Source: Paraspadella gotoi (lineage: Eukaryota; Animalia; Chaetognatha). Taken from it: a stretch of 64,000 nucleotides of DNA. A model generated the notes under the pieces. It was given only the letters and a program-made list of their open reading frames with translations. It did no database searches and was not told the origin of the DNA. Positions within the stretch are counted from its first letter, which is position 1, and each line of letters begins with the position of its first letter. This document shows, one piece after another, positions 14,071 to 27,737 of this stretch. The DNA lies in contig CM119270.1 of the NCBI GenBank assembly GCA_051294375.1, positions 16,490,710-16,554,709 on the forward strand, given 5' to 3'. The translations under genes and the position numbers were made by a program.

Positions 14071-14950
14071 TCAAAAATGAATTAAAATGCGATATTTAGT
14101 ACGATAAGTCCGTGAATTGCAAAAAAGTTCAACGCTGTTATTTGGTGAGATAGGTTTGGTCAAGAGAGAAACTTGTTCAAAGTCGACGAGATAGAAACAT
14201 TTAGATATGGATTACATACGACTCTTTAGTCTATTTGAGCTGGATACTGTATAGTGGTCTTTAAAGACGCAAAGATAGCATGGTAAAGTTAAGAAGACAT
14301 AGAAACTAACCAGAGAGGATAGCCCAGTAAATTTTAGTTAAGCGAGAAAATACAGCGACTAGATTCAAAGCTTCCCGCTAAAATGTTAGAACGTTCCGAT
14401 GATTTGTTTGTTTTCCTCCTGGAAAAATAAACTTATTATCAATGCTGATACGAATTAAACAAATGACAATTGTTGGGATTGTGAAAGTCGATGTCGTTTG
14501 CATTTAGACGCTGGCGAGTCGCGGCGAATAAGGAGATGAAGAAGGCGGACAACGTCGTCAGCGTTGTCGTCGTCTTCTCGTCATCGTCGCTCGTTCTTGA
14601 ACGATACTCGGGAAAACCAACGTCGACGATGACGACGACGAAAGAAGAAGAAATCGTGACCTCCACGCATCTCCCTCTCGGTCTCTCTGTCTCTCTTTCT
14701 CCATCTCTCTCTCGACGCCCGATAATTTTATCGCGGCGGGAGAAACGCGGCGCCGTAGAGAGAGAGCGAGATGAGAGAGATGAGAGAGAAGAGAGAACTA
14801 GACGAGAGAGAGAGAAGAGAGAGAGAGAAGCAGATGGAAGAGGAGAGCAGAAAGAGAGAGATGTGAGAGGGGCGCTGCCCGAGAGAAAAAACCCCGGCTG
14901 CGTGAGCGCAGGGCCGGACGTCGAGCGCGGGGCAGCGGTGTCGAGACGGA

Positions 14951-15015
14951 GACTCACGCCCTCGTCTGCGGGAAACGGAAAGGCTCGCTGAGCGCGAGGA
15001 GACGGGTGATTTATA
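14951..15015 (-). promoter_or_regulatory. Candidate trh core promoter and short non-coding first exon (inverted block; copy 22294-22358)
   Basis: Minus strand: TATAAA (15015-15010), TCAG Inr-like site at 14991-14988, then a GTGAGTC donor at 14957-14951, within GC/GA-rich sequence. Confidence 0.3.
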
Positions 15016-16577
15016 ATCGCCGGGAGAGAGGAGGAGGAGGAGGAGAGAAGGAGGAGGAAGGAAAGCGGGAAAAGAAGTTCCGCGTTAATGCGAGAAGGAT
15101 GGAATCTGGAGCGCAAACGGTGACGCAACCATGACATGCTCTGCTTCCTCTCTCTCTCTCTCGTCTCTCTCGTCTCTCTCTCTCGTCGTCTCTGGCTCTC
15201 TCTCTCGTCTGCTCTCTCGTCGTTCGTCTCTCTCTCTCTCTCGCTTGGAACAAGAGGAGAGCGCGAGGAGGAGCGCGCGTGCTAGTTAGCCGAGAGAGAG
15301 CAGCGAGGTGAGAAGGAGCGGAGGAAATCGACGATTGCAGATGGCTGATCGCGCAGCAAAATCTGATTAACGCGCGCAATTTATTTTTCTTGAGGAAAAA
15401 ATAAAAAGATAAATAATTTGAGAGTGCGACATGGAATTGCGGAGAGAGAGGGAGAAGGATGAGGAAAGGGAGGAGGAGTGAGGAAAGAGAGAAGCGCCGA
15501 AGAATTTTAAATTATTCGTTAGACCCGAAAACGTTAGTAGATTTATTTACTTTAGATTAAACTTTAAAGGTTTTAATTGGCGCTCGGTATAACATGATGC
15601 TTATTGCTATCATTTGGTTAGGTCTTCTCGATCTTCGGGTTTACGCCTCAATTTTTTACTGGATGGTTCTGTCGTCTGTCGGTCCGTGTTGTTACGAGTA
15701 CGGTTGAGTACTCAAGAATCACGATTTTTGAAAAACTTTAACAGGCGTCGTGATTCAGAAATGTCACAAAAAAAAAGAAAAAAGAAACAGTTTTTTCCGT
15801 CGCCACTCCTTCTCTTTTCACTCGAGCCCGAATAAAAACCCGCAATTTCGTGAATTGAAAACCGAAACCCGCGTTAAACTTCACATAAAAATGAAGGAAA
15901 AAAAAGGAAAAAAAGTTCCTGAAGAAAAGAAAAGAGAGAAAGATTGCGTGAAGTGAAACCATATTTAGTGGAATCGAGAGTAGACCGGGGCGCCGCCGAA
16001 TGCGTGAATGTGACGAAAGCGAAGACTCCGACGCGCGTGATCACAAAAAAAGGAGCGAGTTGCGGCGCGATGAATTTCTGAAAGCGGAAAAAGTGAATTC
16101 CTTAAAGTGAAGGATGGAGAAGAAAAAAGAGAAAAAAAGAGCGAGAGAGAGAGAAGATCAGAGGGAGGAGAGAGAAGAGATGCACAGAGAGAGAGGGAGA
16201 GAGAGATGAGCAGAGATGATGAGAGAATATTCCACGGAAAGAAATAGTAAAGGAGCACCGAAAAATATGGAGGAGGATCTCTCTGCTTGTTTTNNNNNNN
16301 NNNNNNNNNNNNNNNNNNTTCTTTTTCCTGATCTTTTGTTTTTTATTTCAATGTTTTTCGATACCCTCGAGAGGCGCACAAGGTTGGAACAAATAAAACA
16401 AATGGTTTCTCAAAAATTTTTGCGTGGCAACAATTCATGTATTTTAACCCAAAAAATGAAAATTAAATCAATAGAAAAGATAAATTCGTATTTATTTTTT
16501 TTATTTTATAATTTCCATGTAAGTGGATTATTAACCTAATTTTTCCGTCGAACTGAGAGTGGGAGGAGGGGGGAGAA

Positions 16578-16643
<66 letters not shown>

Positions 16644-16892
16644 AGAGGAGAGAGTGAGGAAGAAAAATTAGGTTTAATAATCCACTTACATGGAAATTAT
16701 AAAATAAAAAAAAAATAAATACGAATTTATCTTTTCTATTGATTTAATTTTCATTTTTTGGGTTAAAATAAATGATTGTTGCCACGCAAAAAATTTTTGA
16801 GAAACCATTTGTTTTATTTGTTCCAACCTTGTGCGCCTCTCCGAGGGTATCGAAAAACATTGAAATAAAAAACAAAAGATCAGGAAAAAGAA

Positions 16893-17222
16893 TAGCCTGA
16901 GAGTAAACGAAAATTGTTCAATCATTTTCTACTGATACTAACATTATAATTCATAATTGGTTTTTCATATTTCATTCTTAATCAACTAACTAAGTTTAAA
17001 TTATTTACTTTGTTAGTTCTACTAGTTTTAAATATTAAGTTTGCTTATTTATTTACTTTATCTTCTGTGTACATTACCAAATGTAATTATATTTTTTTTC
17101 TCTCTCTGCTCTATCTCTCCTCTCCTTCATTTTTTCACCTTTCAAATTCAACCTTGTCCTGAGCTTCACCAGATCTGAAAATCTGACTCTGTCCTTTCCT
17201 CACTCTTTTTTGGAAGCTTTTC

Positions 17223-17298
<76 letters not shown>

Positions 17299-20200
17299 AT
17301 TCAATGTTAAAACGAGAAACTTGTTGATTAAGCAAAAACGCTGATGAAGACTCGAAGAGTCCGTCTAATTTCTGTCAATAAACTCGTTGTTTGTTTAAAA
17401 AAGTGTTTTTTTCATAAAAAATTCATAAATTATAGACAGATGTAGACAATAATGTTTTTGAAATTAATATTTTTTTTCTGTAATTGTATTGTTTTTTTTT
17501 TTGTTTTTTTTAATAATCCCAATATAATTTTATTAGATTTTTACTTCCAGGTTGAGTTAAAATCCTATAAACGAAGAAAAATTGTAAAAGATTAGTTAAA
17601 CAAAACTATTGTCTCGAATAAATGTCTAAGAAAAACTATTTCTGCGAGAACTTTATGAAGTACATCAGCTGGAATCATGGCAGCTGTCCGGAGATACGAC
17701 CCACTCTATAAATGGTATTTGTGCATATGTTTCATACTTGTACCGAAAACAAGTCAGAAAAATGATTATAAGTTGAATATTATCTCTCGCCATTCATTCC
17801 GATAACTATTCAATGGCACATCACAGTTTTATTAATAATCTCAAGTCAAAATTCTATTAAAATGTTTATAACATTAAAATTTTCTTTTTCTCGGAAACGA
17901 TAACTTTATTTAATTAAGTTTATCCGAGAACATATTTTCTTTTGTTTTTTACGGTTTTCTGCAATATGCAAATGAGAATGAAGTTCGAACACTGAACATC
18001 AGCGTCACCAGCCCCAAAAAACTCACTCCGCCACGTAGGGAAAAGCGTGGCAACCGGTCCGGCTGAAATCGTGCGGTCCGAGGCGCCGTGGGCCGCCAGA
18101 CGCGCCCGACCGCCGCAGCGGCCGTTGACCCATAGCCAGCATGTGCGCCGCAGTCGTCTTGCTGACGAGGAAAAGGGGAAGGGATCGAAGGTTAGGCGGG
18201 AGAGAGTGAAGGGGGTTTTTCTTGATTGACAGGTGGGGGTTTAAGGGGTGGGCGAGGGGGGATGGTATCCTTGTTCCTCATTGTCATGATATCGCCGAAT
18301 CTTTATTTCAATTTGTCATTCGTCATCGGATTTTAACCGTCTGGAACGTCGTCCTGTGTCAGTTTCACAATGTTGTTGTTGTCATGTCATCGCTATCATT
18401 TCTCTTTCATCGTCGTCGTATCAACGTCGCTAGTCATCATCGTCATTATGACATCGTCTTTCATCGTCGTCAATCAACGTCCGCTGGTCATCATCGTCAT
18501 TATTGACATCTGTCTCATCGTCGTCATCAAGGTCCCGCTGTCAATCATTCGTCATTATGATGTCAACTTCGATCTCGTCAATCAACGTCGCTTCATCATC
18601 GTCTCATTGACATCGTCTTCATCGTCGTCATCATCTCGCTCTCATCATCGTCATCATTTGCCATCGTCTTCATCGTCTTCTGATCCATTCGGTTCGACTA
18701 TCACTTCACCAAACTCTCCCGACCCGAGGCCGGCCGACCGGATGATGGTGGGCGTGGCCGCGGTGGCCGGAATGCGGGGGCTACCGCGCTGCCGCCGCCG
18801 ACGGCGCAATACGATGGACCCTTTTAAAAAAAAAGGGCAGCGGTTGATTAATTTATAAGGACGGAAACCGACAAATGGTAAAAGCGACGGACCCTTTTTA
18901 AGTGATTTTTTCTTGGGTGAATATCCACAAAAATAAGTTAAAAGTATCGATTTAAGAATTAAATCTCTACTGGGCAAGTTATGTTTATTTTCGATGCTTG
19001 GTGAGTTGGAAATATTTGTCATGTTCTAGATCAAGTTACGATACGGTTTCTTATGCCGCCTAAGGTTTAGCCAAGGAGTGAATTTAAAAATATTTTCCAA
19101 CTTTTACCTAGAGGATAGGGCGATTACAGCAATTACTTGTATTTGTCAATGATATTAGTTTTAGGATAATTGAGTTAAGTTTGACATGTTCATCAACTTC
19201 ACCTGGCATGATTCCAAAAGAGTCGGTTTGGACTCTGGTCACCAACTCACCTGGATGATGCTAATAGAGTGAGTTTGACATTGTCATCAACTCACCCTGG
19301 ATGATGACAATATAGTAGTTTGAAATTGGTCATCAACTCACCTGGATGATGCCAACTAAAGTGAATTAGACTATGGTCATTAAACTCACCTGGTATTGAT
19401 GTCAAAGAAATATGAGTTAGACATGGTCCATCAACTCACCTGGATGAATCCAATAAAGTGAGTTAGACAATGGGTCATCAACTCACCTATAGAATCCAAA
19501 TAACAGTGAGTTAGACATCGGTCACCAACTCACCTGGATGATGCCAATCAAGTGAGTTAGACAATGGTCCACCAATCTCACTGGGATGATGCCAATAAAA
19601 TTGAGTTAGACATGGTCACCAACTCACCTGGATGAATCCAATTAAAGTGAGTTAGACATGGTCACCCAACCTCACCTGGATGATGCCAATAAAGTAGTTA
19701 GACATGTGTTGGTCATCTCAACCGCGAAGTTCGTGTACGAACTTTCGTTAACGACTGATGAAATCAGCTGAACCGAAGGCTTCAAGTTTCGCTCTTTCGA
19801 TATTTTTCTTCAATATTATCGTTATTTCTTTCTGTTTTTTTTTTCTTTTTGGGTTTCCGTATCTGAGTTCGATTTTTCTCCGCGTATTTCCGCTAGTTTT
19901 ACGAAATATTTTCTGAGTCCGGGACCCCAAATTACTGCAGTTCGTTCTCGATTTCTTTTTTCGGATCTTTGTTACCCTTCGCCAACAAAACGGTTGTCTT
20001 TTGTTGTATTTATTTTTCTTCCTTTCTTTTTTTACTTTTTAGTTACTATACCTATATTTTTGTTTAGTTTTTTTTCGTCAGTAGGACGTCGGGGCCTAGT
20101 CCGAACGGAAGAACCGAGTCACGTGCATAGAATTGTTACGTTCGCTAGAATAGACCAACTACAACGACACAAAAAAGTATTTTTTCTCGTTTCTTTTTTT

Positions 20201-23200
20201 ATGTTATTAATTAATCAAATGCGACGGACTGAGCGCTTCGATCTTTTCTGACTCTTTCCTTCCTCCTTTCCTTCTCCTTTTCTCCGAATTCCGCTCGCGC
20301 TAGGCGTCCCAACCGGTTCAATCCGATCCGCCCTCATTCCGGTCCCAATGATGCCGAAAATTTTCCCGGAAATCCATGACGGAAATGAGTGATTCGTGGA
20401 GACGTTGGCGAAGGGTGGACGTTGGCCCAGCGACAAGATTGCTGCAAAATGCTTTATACTCCTTTATTTGCGCAGGAAAAAATGCTGCGATCTCAAAACA
20501 CGATTGATGAGGAAGGTCGAAGTCTTTCGTTGCAAATTTGAAGCAATCGAGGAGGGAGAAAATTGCCTAAAGAACTCGAGTGAGAAGCTTTAATATTTGC
20601 CGGTGCAAGATTGTTTGTTGTGGCAAGTTGCGGCGAAAAGTTTCACAGGAATTCCCAATGAACGCTTTACATTTTGTCGTGGCAAGCAACCTGAAGAGAA
20701 AGAAGAGTGATTACTGCATTTAGTATGCTTTTAATGTGTTATATGCTTTTTTTAAAAGACTAATTAAAATAAGAATCGCAGAATTTTAAAACATGGCAGA
20801 GATTTTGTCTATTCGCTACTGTTGGCAGTCTGTCAGTTTTTGAAAGATCATCTCGTTATCAATTCGGCGGAGGGAGTATAGCGTCGTCGTCGTAGTCTTC
20901 CGTCGTCGTCTCCATGTCGTTCGCTCGTCGTCGTCGTCGACGTCATTTCATTTCGTCCACCGAGAAATAATTAATGAGGCGCCGCTGAAGGAGACGCAGA
21001 GACGGCGACTCGCGTCCGCCGCAAAAAAAGGACGCCGCCAAACGAGCGCCATTCGCATTACAAACCGCAGGACGTCAACCGCTGGCGGCCAGCGGCGGCG
21101 GCGAACAGCGATAAAAAGGCGGCGTCGTCCCTACGCGTCGTTGGAATGACGATTATTCGCGTTCAAGCCATGACATGAAAGACGGCGTCATTTGCTTTGT
21201 TTCGTTTCTGTGTCGGCATGATCGGGGTGGGTTTTTTTTTGTACGCAATGATTTAACGCGGTTTCCTTTTTTTGTTTACGTAATGAATACGCGGTTTCCT
21301 TTTTTTGTTACGCAATGATACGCGCTTTCTTTTTATTACGAAATGATACCGGTTTTCCTTTTTATTGTTACTCAATGTTACGCGCTTTTCGTTATTTTTT
21401 TTTTTGTGGTACGTCAAAAATGAATTAAAATGCGATATTTAGTACGATAAGTCCGTGAATTGCAAAAAAGTTCAACGCTGTTATTTGGTGAGATAGGTTT
21501 GGTCAAGAGAGAAACTTGTTCAAAGTCGACGAGATAGAAACATTTAGATATGGATTACATACGACTCTTTAGTCTATTTGAGCTGGATACTGTATAGTGG
21601 TCTTTAAAGACGCAAAGATAGCATGGTAAAGTTAAGAAGACATAGAAACTAACCAGAGAGGATAGCCCAGTAAATTTTAGTTAAGCGAGAAAATACAGCG
21701 ACTAGATTCAAAGCTTCCCGCTAAAATGTTAGAACGTTCCGATGATTTGTTTGTTTTCCTCCTGGAAAAATAAACTTATTATCAATGCTGATACGAATTA
21801 AACAAATGACAATTGTTGGGATTGTGAAAGTCGATGTCGTTTGCATTTAGACGCTGGCGAGTCGCGGCGAATAAGGAGATGAAGAAGGCGGACAACGTCG
21901 TCAGCGTTGTCGTCGTCTTCTCGTCATCGTCGCTCGTTCTTGAACGATACTCGGGAAAACCAACGTCGACGATGACGACGACGAAAGAAGAAGAAATCGT
22001 GACCTCCACGCATCTCCCTCTCGGTCTCTCTGTCTCTCTTTCTCCATCTCTCTCTCGACGCCCGATAATTTTATCGCGGCGGGAGAAACGCGGCGCCGTA
22101 GAGAGAGAGCGAGATGAGAGAGATGAGAGAGAAGAGAGAACTAGACGAGAGAGAGAGAAGAGAGAGAGAGAAGCAGATGGAAGAGGAGAGCAGAAAGAGA
22201 GAGATGTGAGAGGGGCGCTGCCCGAGAGAAAAAACCCCGGCTGCGTGAGCGCAGGGCCGGACGTCGAGCGCGGGGCAGCGGTGTCGAGACGGAGACTCAC
22301 GCCCTCGTCTGCGGGAAACGGAAAGGCTCGCTGAGCGCGAGGAGACGGGTGATTTATAATCGCCGGGAGAGAGGAGGAGGAGGAGGAGAGAAGGAGGAGG
22401 AAGGAAAGCGGGAAAAGAAGTTCCGCGTTAATGCGAGAAGGATGGAATCTGGAGCGCAAACGGTGACGCAACCATGACATGCTCTGCTTCCTCTCTCTCT
22501 CTCTCGTCTCTCTCGTCTCTCTCTCTCGTCGTCTCTGGCTCTCTCTCTCGTCTGCTCTCTCGTCGTTCGTCTCTCTCTCTCTCTCGCTTGGAACAAGAGG
22601 AGAGCGCGAGGAGGAGCGCGCGTGCTAGTTAGCCGAGAGAGAGCAGCGAGGTGAGAAGGAGCGGAGGAAATCGACGATTGCAGATGGCTGATCGCGCAGC
22701 AAAATCTGATTAACGCGCGCAATTTATTTTTCTTGAGGAAAAAATAAAAAGATAAATAATTTGAGAGTGCGACATGGAATTGCGGAGAGAGAGGGAGAAG
22801 GATGAGGAAAGGGAGGAGGAGTGAGGAAAGAGAGAAGCGCCGAAGAATTTTAAATTATTCGTTAGACCCGAAAACGTTAGTAGATTTATTTACTTTAGAT
22901 TAAACTTTAAAGGTTTTAATTGGCGCTCGGTATAACATGATGCTTATTGCTATCATTTGGTTAGGTCTTCTCGATCTTCGGGTTTACGCCTCAATTTTTT
23001 ACTGGATGGTTCTGTCGTCTGTCGGTCCGTGTTGTTACGAGTACGGTTGAGTACTCAAGAATCACGATTTTTGAAAAACTTTAACAGGCGTCGTGATTCA
23101 GAAATGTCACAAAAAAAAAGAAAAAAGAAACAGTTTTTTCCGTCGCCACTCCTTCTCTTTTCACTCGAGCCCGAATAAAAACCCGCAATTTCGTGAATTG

Positions 23201-23661
23201 AAAACCGAAACCCGCGTTAAACTTCACATAAAAATGAAGGAAAAAAAAGGAAAAAAAGTTCCTGAAGAAAAGAAAAGAGAGAAAGATTGCGTGAAGTGAA
23301 ACCATATTTAGTGGAATCGAGAGTAGACCGGGGCGCCGCCGAATGCGTGAATGTGACGAAAGCGAAGACTCCGACGCGCGTGATCACAAAAAAAGGAGCG
23401 AGTTGCGGCGCGATGAATTTCTGAAAGCGGAAAAAGTGAATTCCTTAAAGTGAAGGATGGAGAAGAAAAAAGAGAAAAAAAGAGCGAGAGAGAGAGAAGA
23501 TCAGAGGGAGGAGAGAGAAGAGATGCACAGAGAGAGAGGGAGAGAGAGATGAGCAGAGATGATGAGAGAATATTCCACGGAAAGAAATAGTAAAGGAGCA
23601 CCGAAAAATATGGAGGAGGATCTCTCTGCTTGTTTTNNNNNNNNNNNNNNNNNNNNNNNNN
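16893..23661. repeat. 6.77-kb block, copy 2
   Basis: No differences seen from 9550-16318, including apparent sequencing errors and the N gap. Confidence 0.95.
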
Positions 23662-23967
23662 CGGTTGCCTGTCAGGCCCCGCGTCTCACATGGCCTACGG
23701 TGGCGGTGGCCTCATGCAAGGAGGCCTCATGGACCCGACGGCCGGGATGCACGCGTCCGCCACCATCAATACGCGGTGAGTCTCTCCCAATTGATGGGGC
23801 TGTGGTTTGAATCGTTGATGGAGTTTTTTGTTCCTTTTTGTTTTCGTCGGTGTTATGTTTTGTTTTAATCTTTGTCGAGTTTTTGTTGTTTTAGATTTTC
23901 CTGTTTCGTCCTTTCATTTCCTTCTCTTCCCTTTCTTATCTTTCTACTTTTTCTCTTGATTACCTTC

Positions 23968-24018
<51 letters not shown>

Positions 24019-25193
24019 CCTCTCTCTCTCTCTTATCTCTCTCACTCTCTCTCTCTCGGTCGACCTTTTTCTCGGTGGTCAGATTCTTTTACCATCGAAC
24101 CGCGGAAACTCATTTGCATATTTGGGTTTCGTCGGTAACGAGTTGTTTCTTTTGATTATCGCCGCTTTCTTTTTCGATGATCGAATAGAGGACAACCGTT
24201 TTTTTTTCTCTTGCTGACAATGTCGTATTATGTCATGTCACTATTTTAAGTTTTTAACTTCAATGCGTTATCAATGAAGTAAATTAAATTAGAAACGATC
24301 GACTTTCGACTGCTTTTCACCGCTTGCTTTTCACCCGCCTTCCCATCACAACGAGTCAACGACCACCCACGAGTCACGACCCCCAGAGTCTAAATGATCA
24401 CCACCGGATCGCTTCACCTTGTTATCTCACGACCCACGACCCTCTTGACCACAGGACCACAACCGTTCTTCCCCCACTCCCGTCCTCGACGCCATCTTTT
24501 CCAGTCTTTTCTCGCTGATTAAATTCGACGTCGATTTCGATGAAGAGAAGGGGGGGAGGAAAGGGTGAGGAGGGGGGGAAAGAGAAGGAGTAGAGGGGAG
24601 TTGAAAGAGGAAGAGGGGAAGAGGAAGAAAGAAGAGAAATAGGAAAAGAGGTTGGAGAAAAATGGAAGAGGGATAATGACGAAAAGAAATATGAAGAGGT
24701 AGACAATTAGTTAAAAACCGAAGCGACGCGAATCAAACAGGAATCAAATGCCTTTGATTTGAGGAAATACGAACGACGCGATGGTCGTAATAGCAGGGCT
24801 TTTTTTTTAATTTATTTTTTAATTTACCTTTTGTCTGTTTTTTTTTTGTTTTTTTTTTTGTCTTCTTGAGCTTTCGCTGTTTTTTTTTCTCCCTCGAGTG
24901 ACAAACAATATTCATTTCAAATCCTTCGTTAAATTTAAAACTTCCGCGAAATCCACTTCCCCGTCCACCCTTTCCACCCTATTCCACCACATCATCCACC
25001 CGGCGCCGTCTGATTTCCCCGGCGCCCTTTTTTCCGGCGCCAACGACGACGGCGACATAAAAACGACGCGGATTGGCTGAACGCGCGGATCGATTTACCG
25101 CCGATTGGCTGAAATTCGGAGGAATTCGACGAACGACGCGATTTAATGACGAGAATCGGAGGAGGGAGGCGGGAGAAGGGGAAGGGGGAGGAA

Positions 25194-25234
<41 letters not shown>

Positions 25235-27678
25235 ATTGGTCATCAATCGAAAGGTGGTCGAATAAGAGGTTTCGGGGCCTTTTGGAGGAAAAAGGTTAGG
25301 AGTGAAACCTCTTCCGGATCCGAAGGCTTTTAATTTCGTCGGCGTCAATTATGGCGAAGATCGACGACGACGACGACACAAGACGACGAACGACGCGACG
25401 TACGACTACAAGAACCGCGATGACGAAGACTACAAGAACGAACGACAATGATGACGAGATATGAATTATTATTATTCATCATCGGCAAAAGTCAGGGAAA
25501 GCATTATATAAATGAAAGATTATTTCTCTTATTGGTTGTACCAATTTCATAGATGTAAAATACTTATTTCGATTCTCAGATAGCTTATTTATTGGATAAT
25601 GGATAATTTATATTGGTTTACCAATTTCATGAATTCCTAATGTTATTAAATTCTTATTTCTTCTTCATTTTTCCTTTATTTTTTTCTTCTTGTTCAACTA
25701 TATTTCCTTTTTACTTTTTTCCCTTTCTTTCCCCTTTCTTTTTGCTCCTCTTTCCTCTTTCCTCGCCTTTCTTCTCATTAACGTTGTAGTTCTCCCAGAT
25801 GATCCTTTTTTTTCTTTCGGAGAAATTCGAGTTTCCAGTGTCTGGTGGTGATGAAGACTGAATGAGAGAGATGGCATCGGAATTAGAGAAGTAAAATGAC
25901 AAAGGACCTTGGATATAAGGATTGGTTTTGATGGAATCTGAATAGATAAAATAGATGCATAGAATATATATACGGAATTGATTAAATAGATGCAAATAGA
26001 AAAACGGGATAGATTAAATAGACGCATCCAGCTTTTGAAGAAGTAGCAAACCGGCAAAGGATGAGATTGCCAATGGAAACTCGTAGTGGCACGAGTTCGT
26101 CTTGACCAATTGGTCAACAGGGAGGAAAACGCTCTCCTCATCATGCATCACTTCTTGACCTCCTCCTCTCCTGCCCCTCCTCCTCCTCCTCCTCTTACTC
26201 CTTCCCTTCTCCCATTGTTTTTGTTGGTCTTAATTTTCGACGATTTCTCTCGATTTCCTTGACCCGTCGTTGAGTGACGACGTCCAAAAAAAAAAAAGAT
26301 TTACTACCGCGGGAACGATTTTGATACAAAAAGACATTGATGATGTTCACAAATGTAATCTAAATTTCTATTTTCTAATTCTATTTTTAATTACGACATC
26401 TTACCTTTTCGTACTTGACCTTTTCTCAACAACGTAATTTTTGCGACGAACTTTAAGAAAACTAAATGTTAAACTGCTCGAACGTATGAATCGGCATTTG
26501 TCGAGGTTTTTAACATATCTATTATTGTATTAATTTCCGAGTCTTTAGGTCGCTCTTCATTGGATTTAACTGTATCGCCTCATGCCCGACCCGGTGGGAA
26601 CGGATCGAAAATTCGTTCTTCAATATTTTTTCCTTACACTTTTCACATCATCCTGCTCGATGACTTGAGACTTAGACTCGCTCAAACTCACGCTCTCTCC
26701 TCGGCTCGAGCAGCAGCTCTTTCACCTCACGCCCTTACTTACCTCATCCGCCGATAACCTTACCCTCCCCACCGCATTCCCTTTCTCTGTTCCGAGGAAA
26801 CGGCCCCGCTGCAGCCGCAATCGACGCCGCTTTCTACTCGACGCCCTTGACTTTGACGCCGGGATTCAAACCCGGCGCCGCGATAGAGACGACGACGACC
26901 ACGATGAGAGGGACGAGAACGGCGTCGCCGACGATCGGCGCCGAATTTCGCGGCGTCGTGAGAGAAGCGGAAAGGCTCGTCGACTCCGAATGGTGGGCGG
27001 CGACGGAAGGAGGGTCCGGGGTTTGAAACCGAAATCGTTGTCGTTGACTTTGTTGTTGTTGTTGTTGTTAATACTTTTGTAGGGATTCACTTGTTACAAA
27101 ACCTTCGTCACAATGCTTTTTAATATGTTTTAAAAAGGCTTTATTAATTAACTTAAGTACGTTTTTAACTTCGCTTCTCTTTTTCATCTCTATTTTTTTT
27201 TTTAAATTTATTTCTCCCTCTCAACTTTTTCTTCCTCTCCTTCTTCTTCTTCTTCTTAACTCTTATATTCTCTCTCCCTCACCCCATATCAATTAACGTC
27301 TCTTAACTTACCCTTCTCTCACCCTTCAGCATCCTGGAACTTCGCAAAGAGAAATCCCGCGACGCCGCGCGGTCGAGACGCGGGAAGGAAAACTACGAGT
27401 TTTACGAGTTGGCGAAGATGTTGCCACTTCCCGGCGCCATCACTAGTCAGCTGGACAAGGTAAGGTTATGGGTCGGGCTCAATTCTGAGACTTTGATGGA
27501 CGAGGGAACCTTTTACTTTATTTTGGCTTTTGTTGTGATGTTTGTTTTTGGAATTTCTGATTATTTTTTCTTCTAAACTTGTTTGCCTTTTATTTCCGCG
27601 CTTTTGCTTCAATACAAATCAATATTTATTCCGGATTTTCGCTGGATTATGCTTTTCTTTCTCTCTCTCTCTTCTCTT

Positions 27679-27737
<59 letters not shown>

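Larger units (their letters stand above)
9550..16318. repeat. 6.77-kb block, copy 1 (same as 16893-23661), likely assembly artefact
   Basis: Every ORF in the track recurs identically at offset 7343, and so does the terminal 25-N gap. Confidence 0.95.

Noticed and set aside
14439-15379. Long ORFs in the track (also 52138-52767, 55404-55938, 59080-59943)
   Set aside because: Translations of GA/CT microsatellites and pyrimidine tracts, or off-frame overlaps of real exons.
9550-23661. 7.3-kb tandem segmental duplication as a biological event
   Set aside because: The copies share apparent read errors and the same 25-N gap, and both start at fold-back junctions; best explained as a gap-filling artefact.
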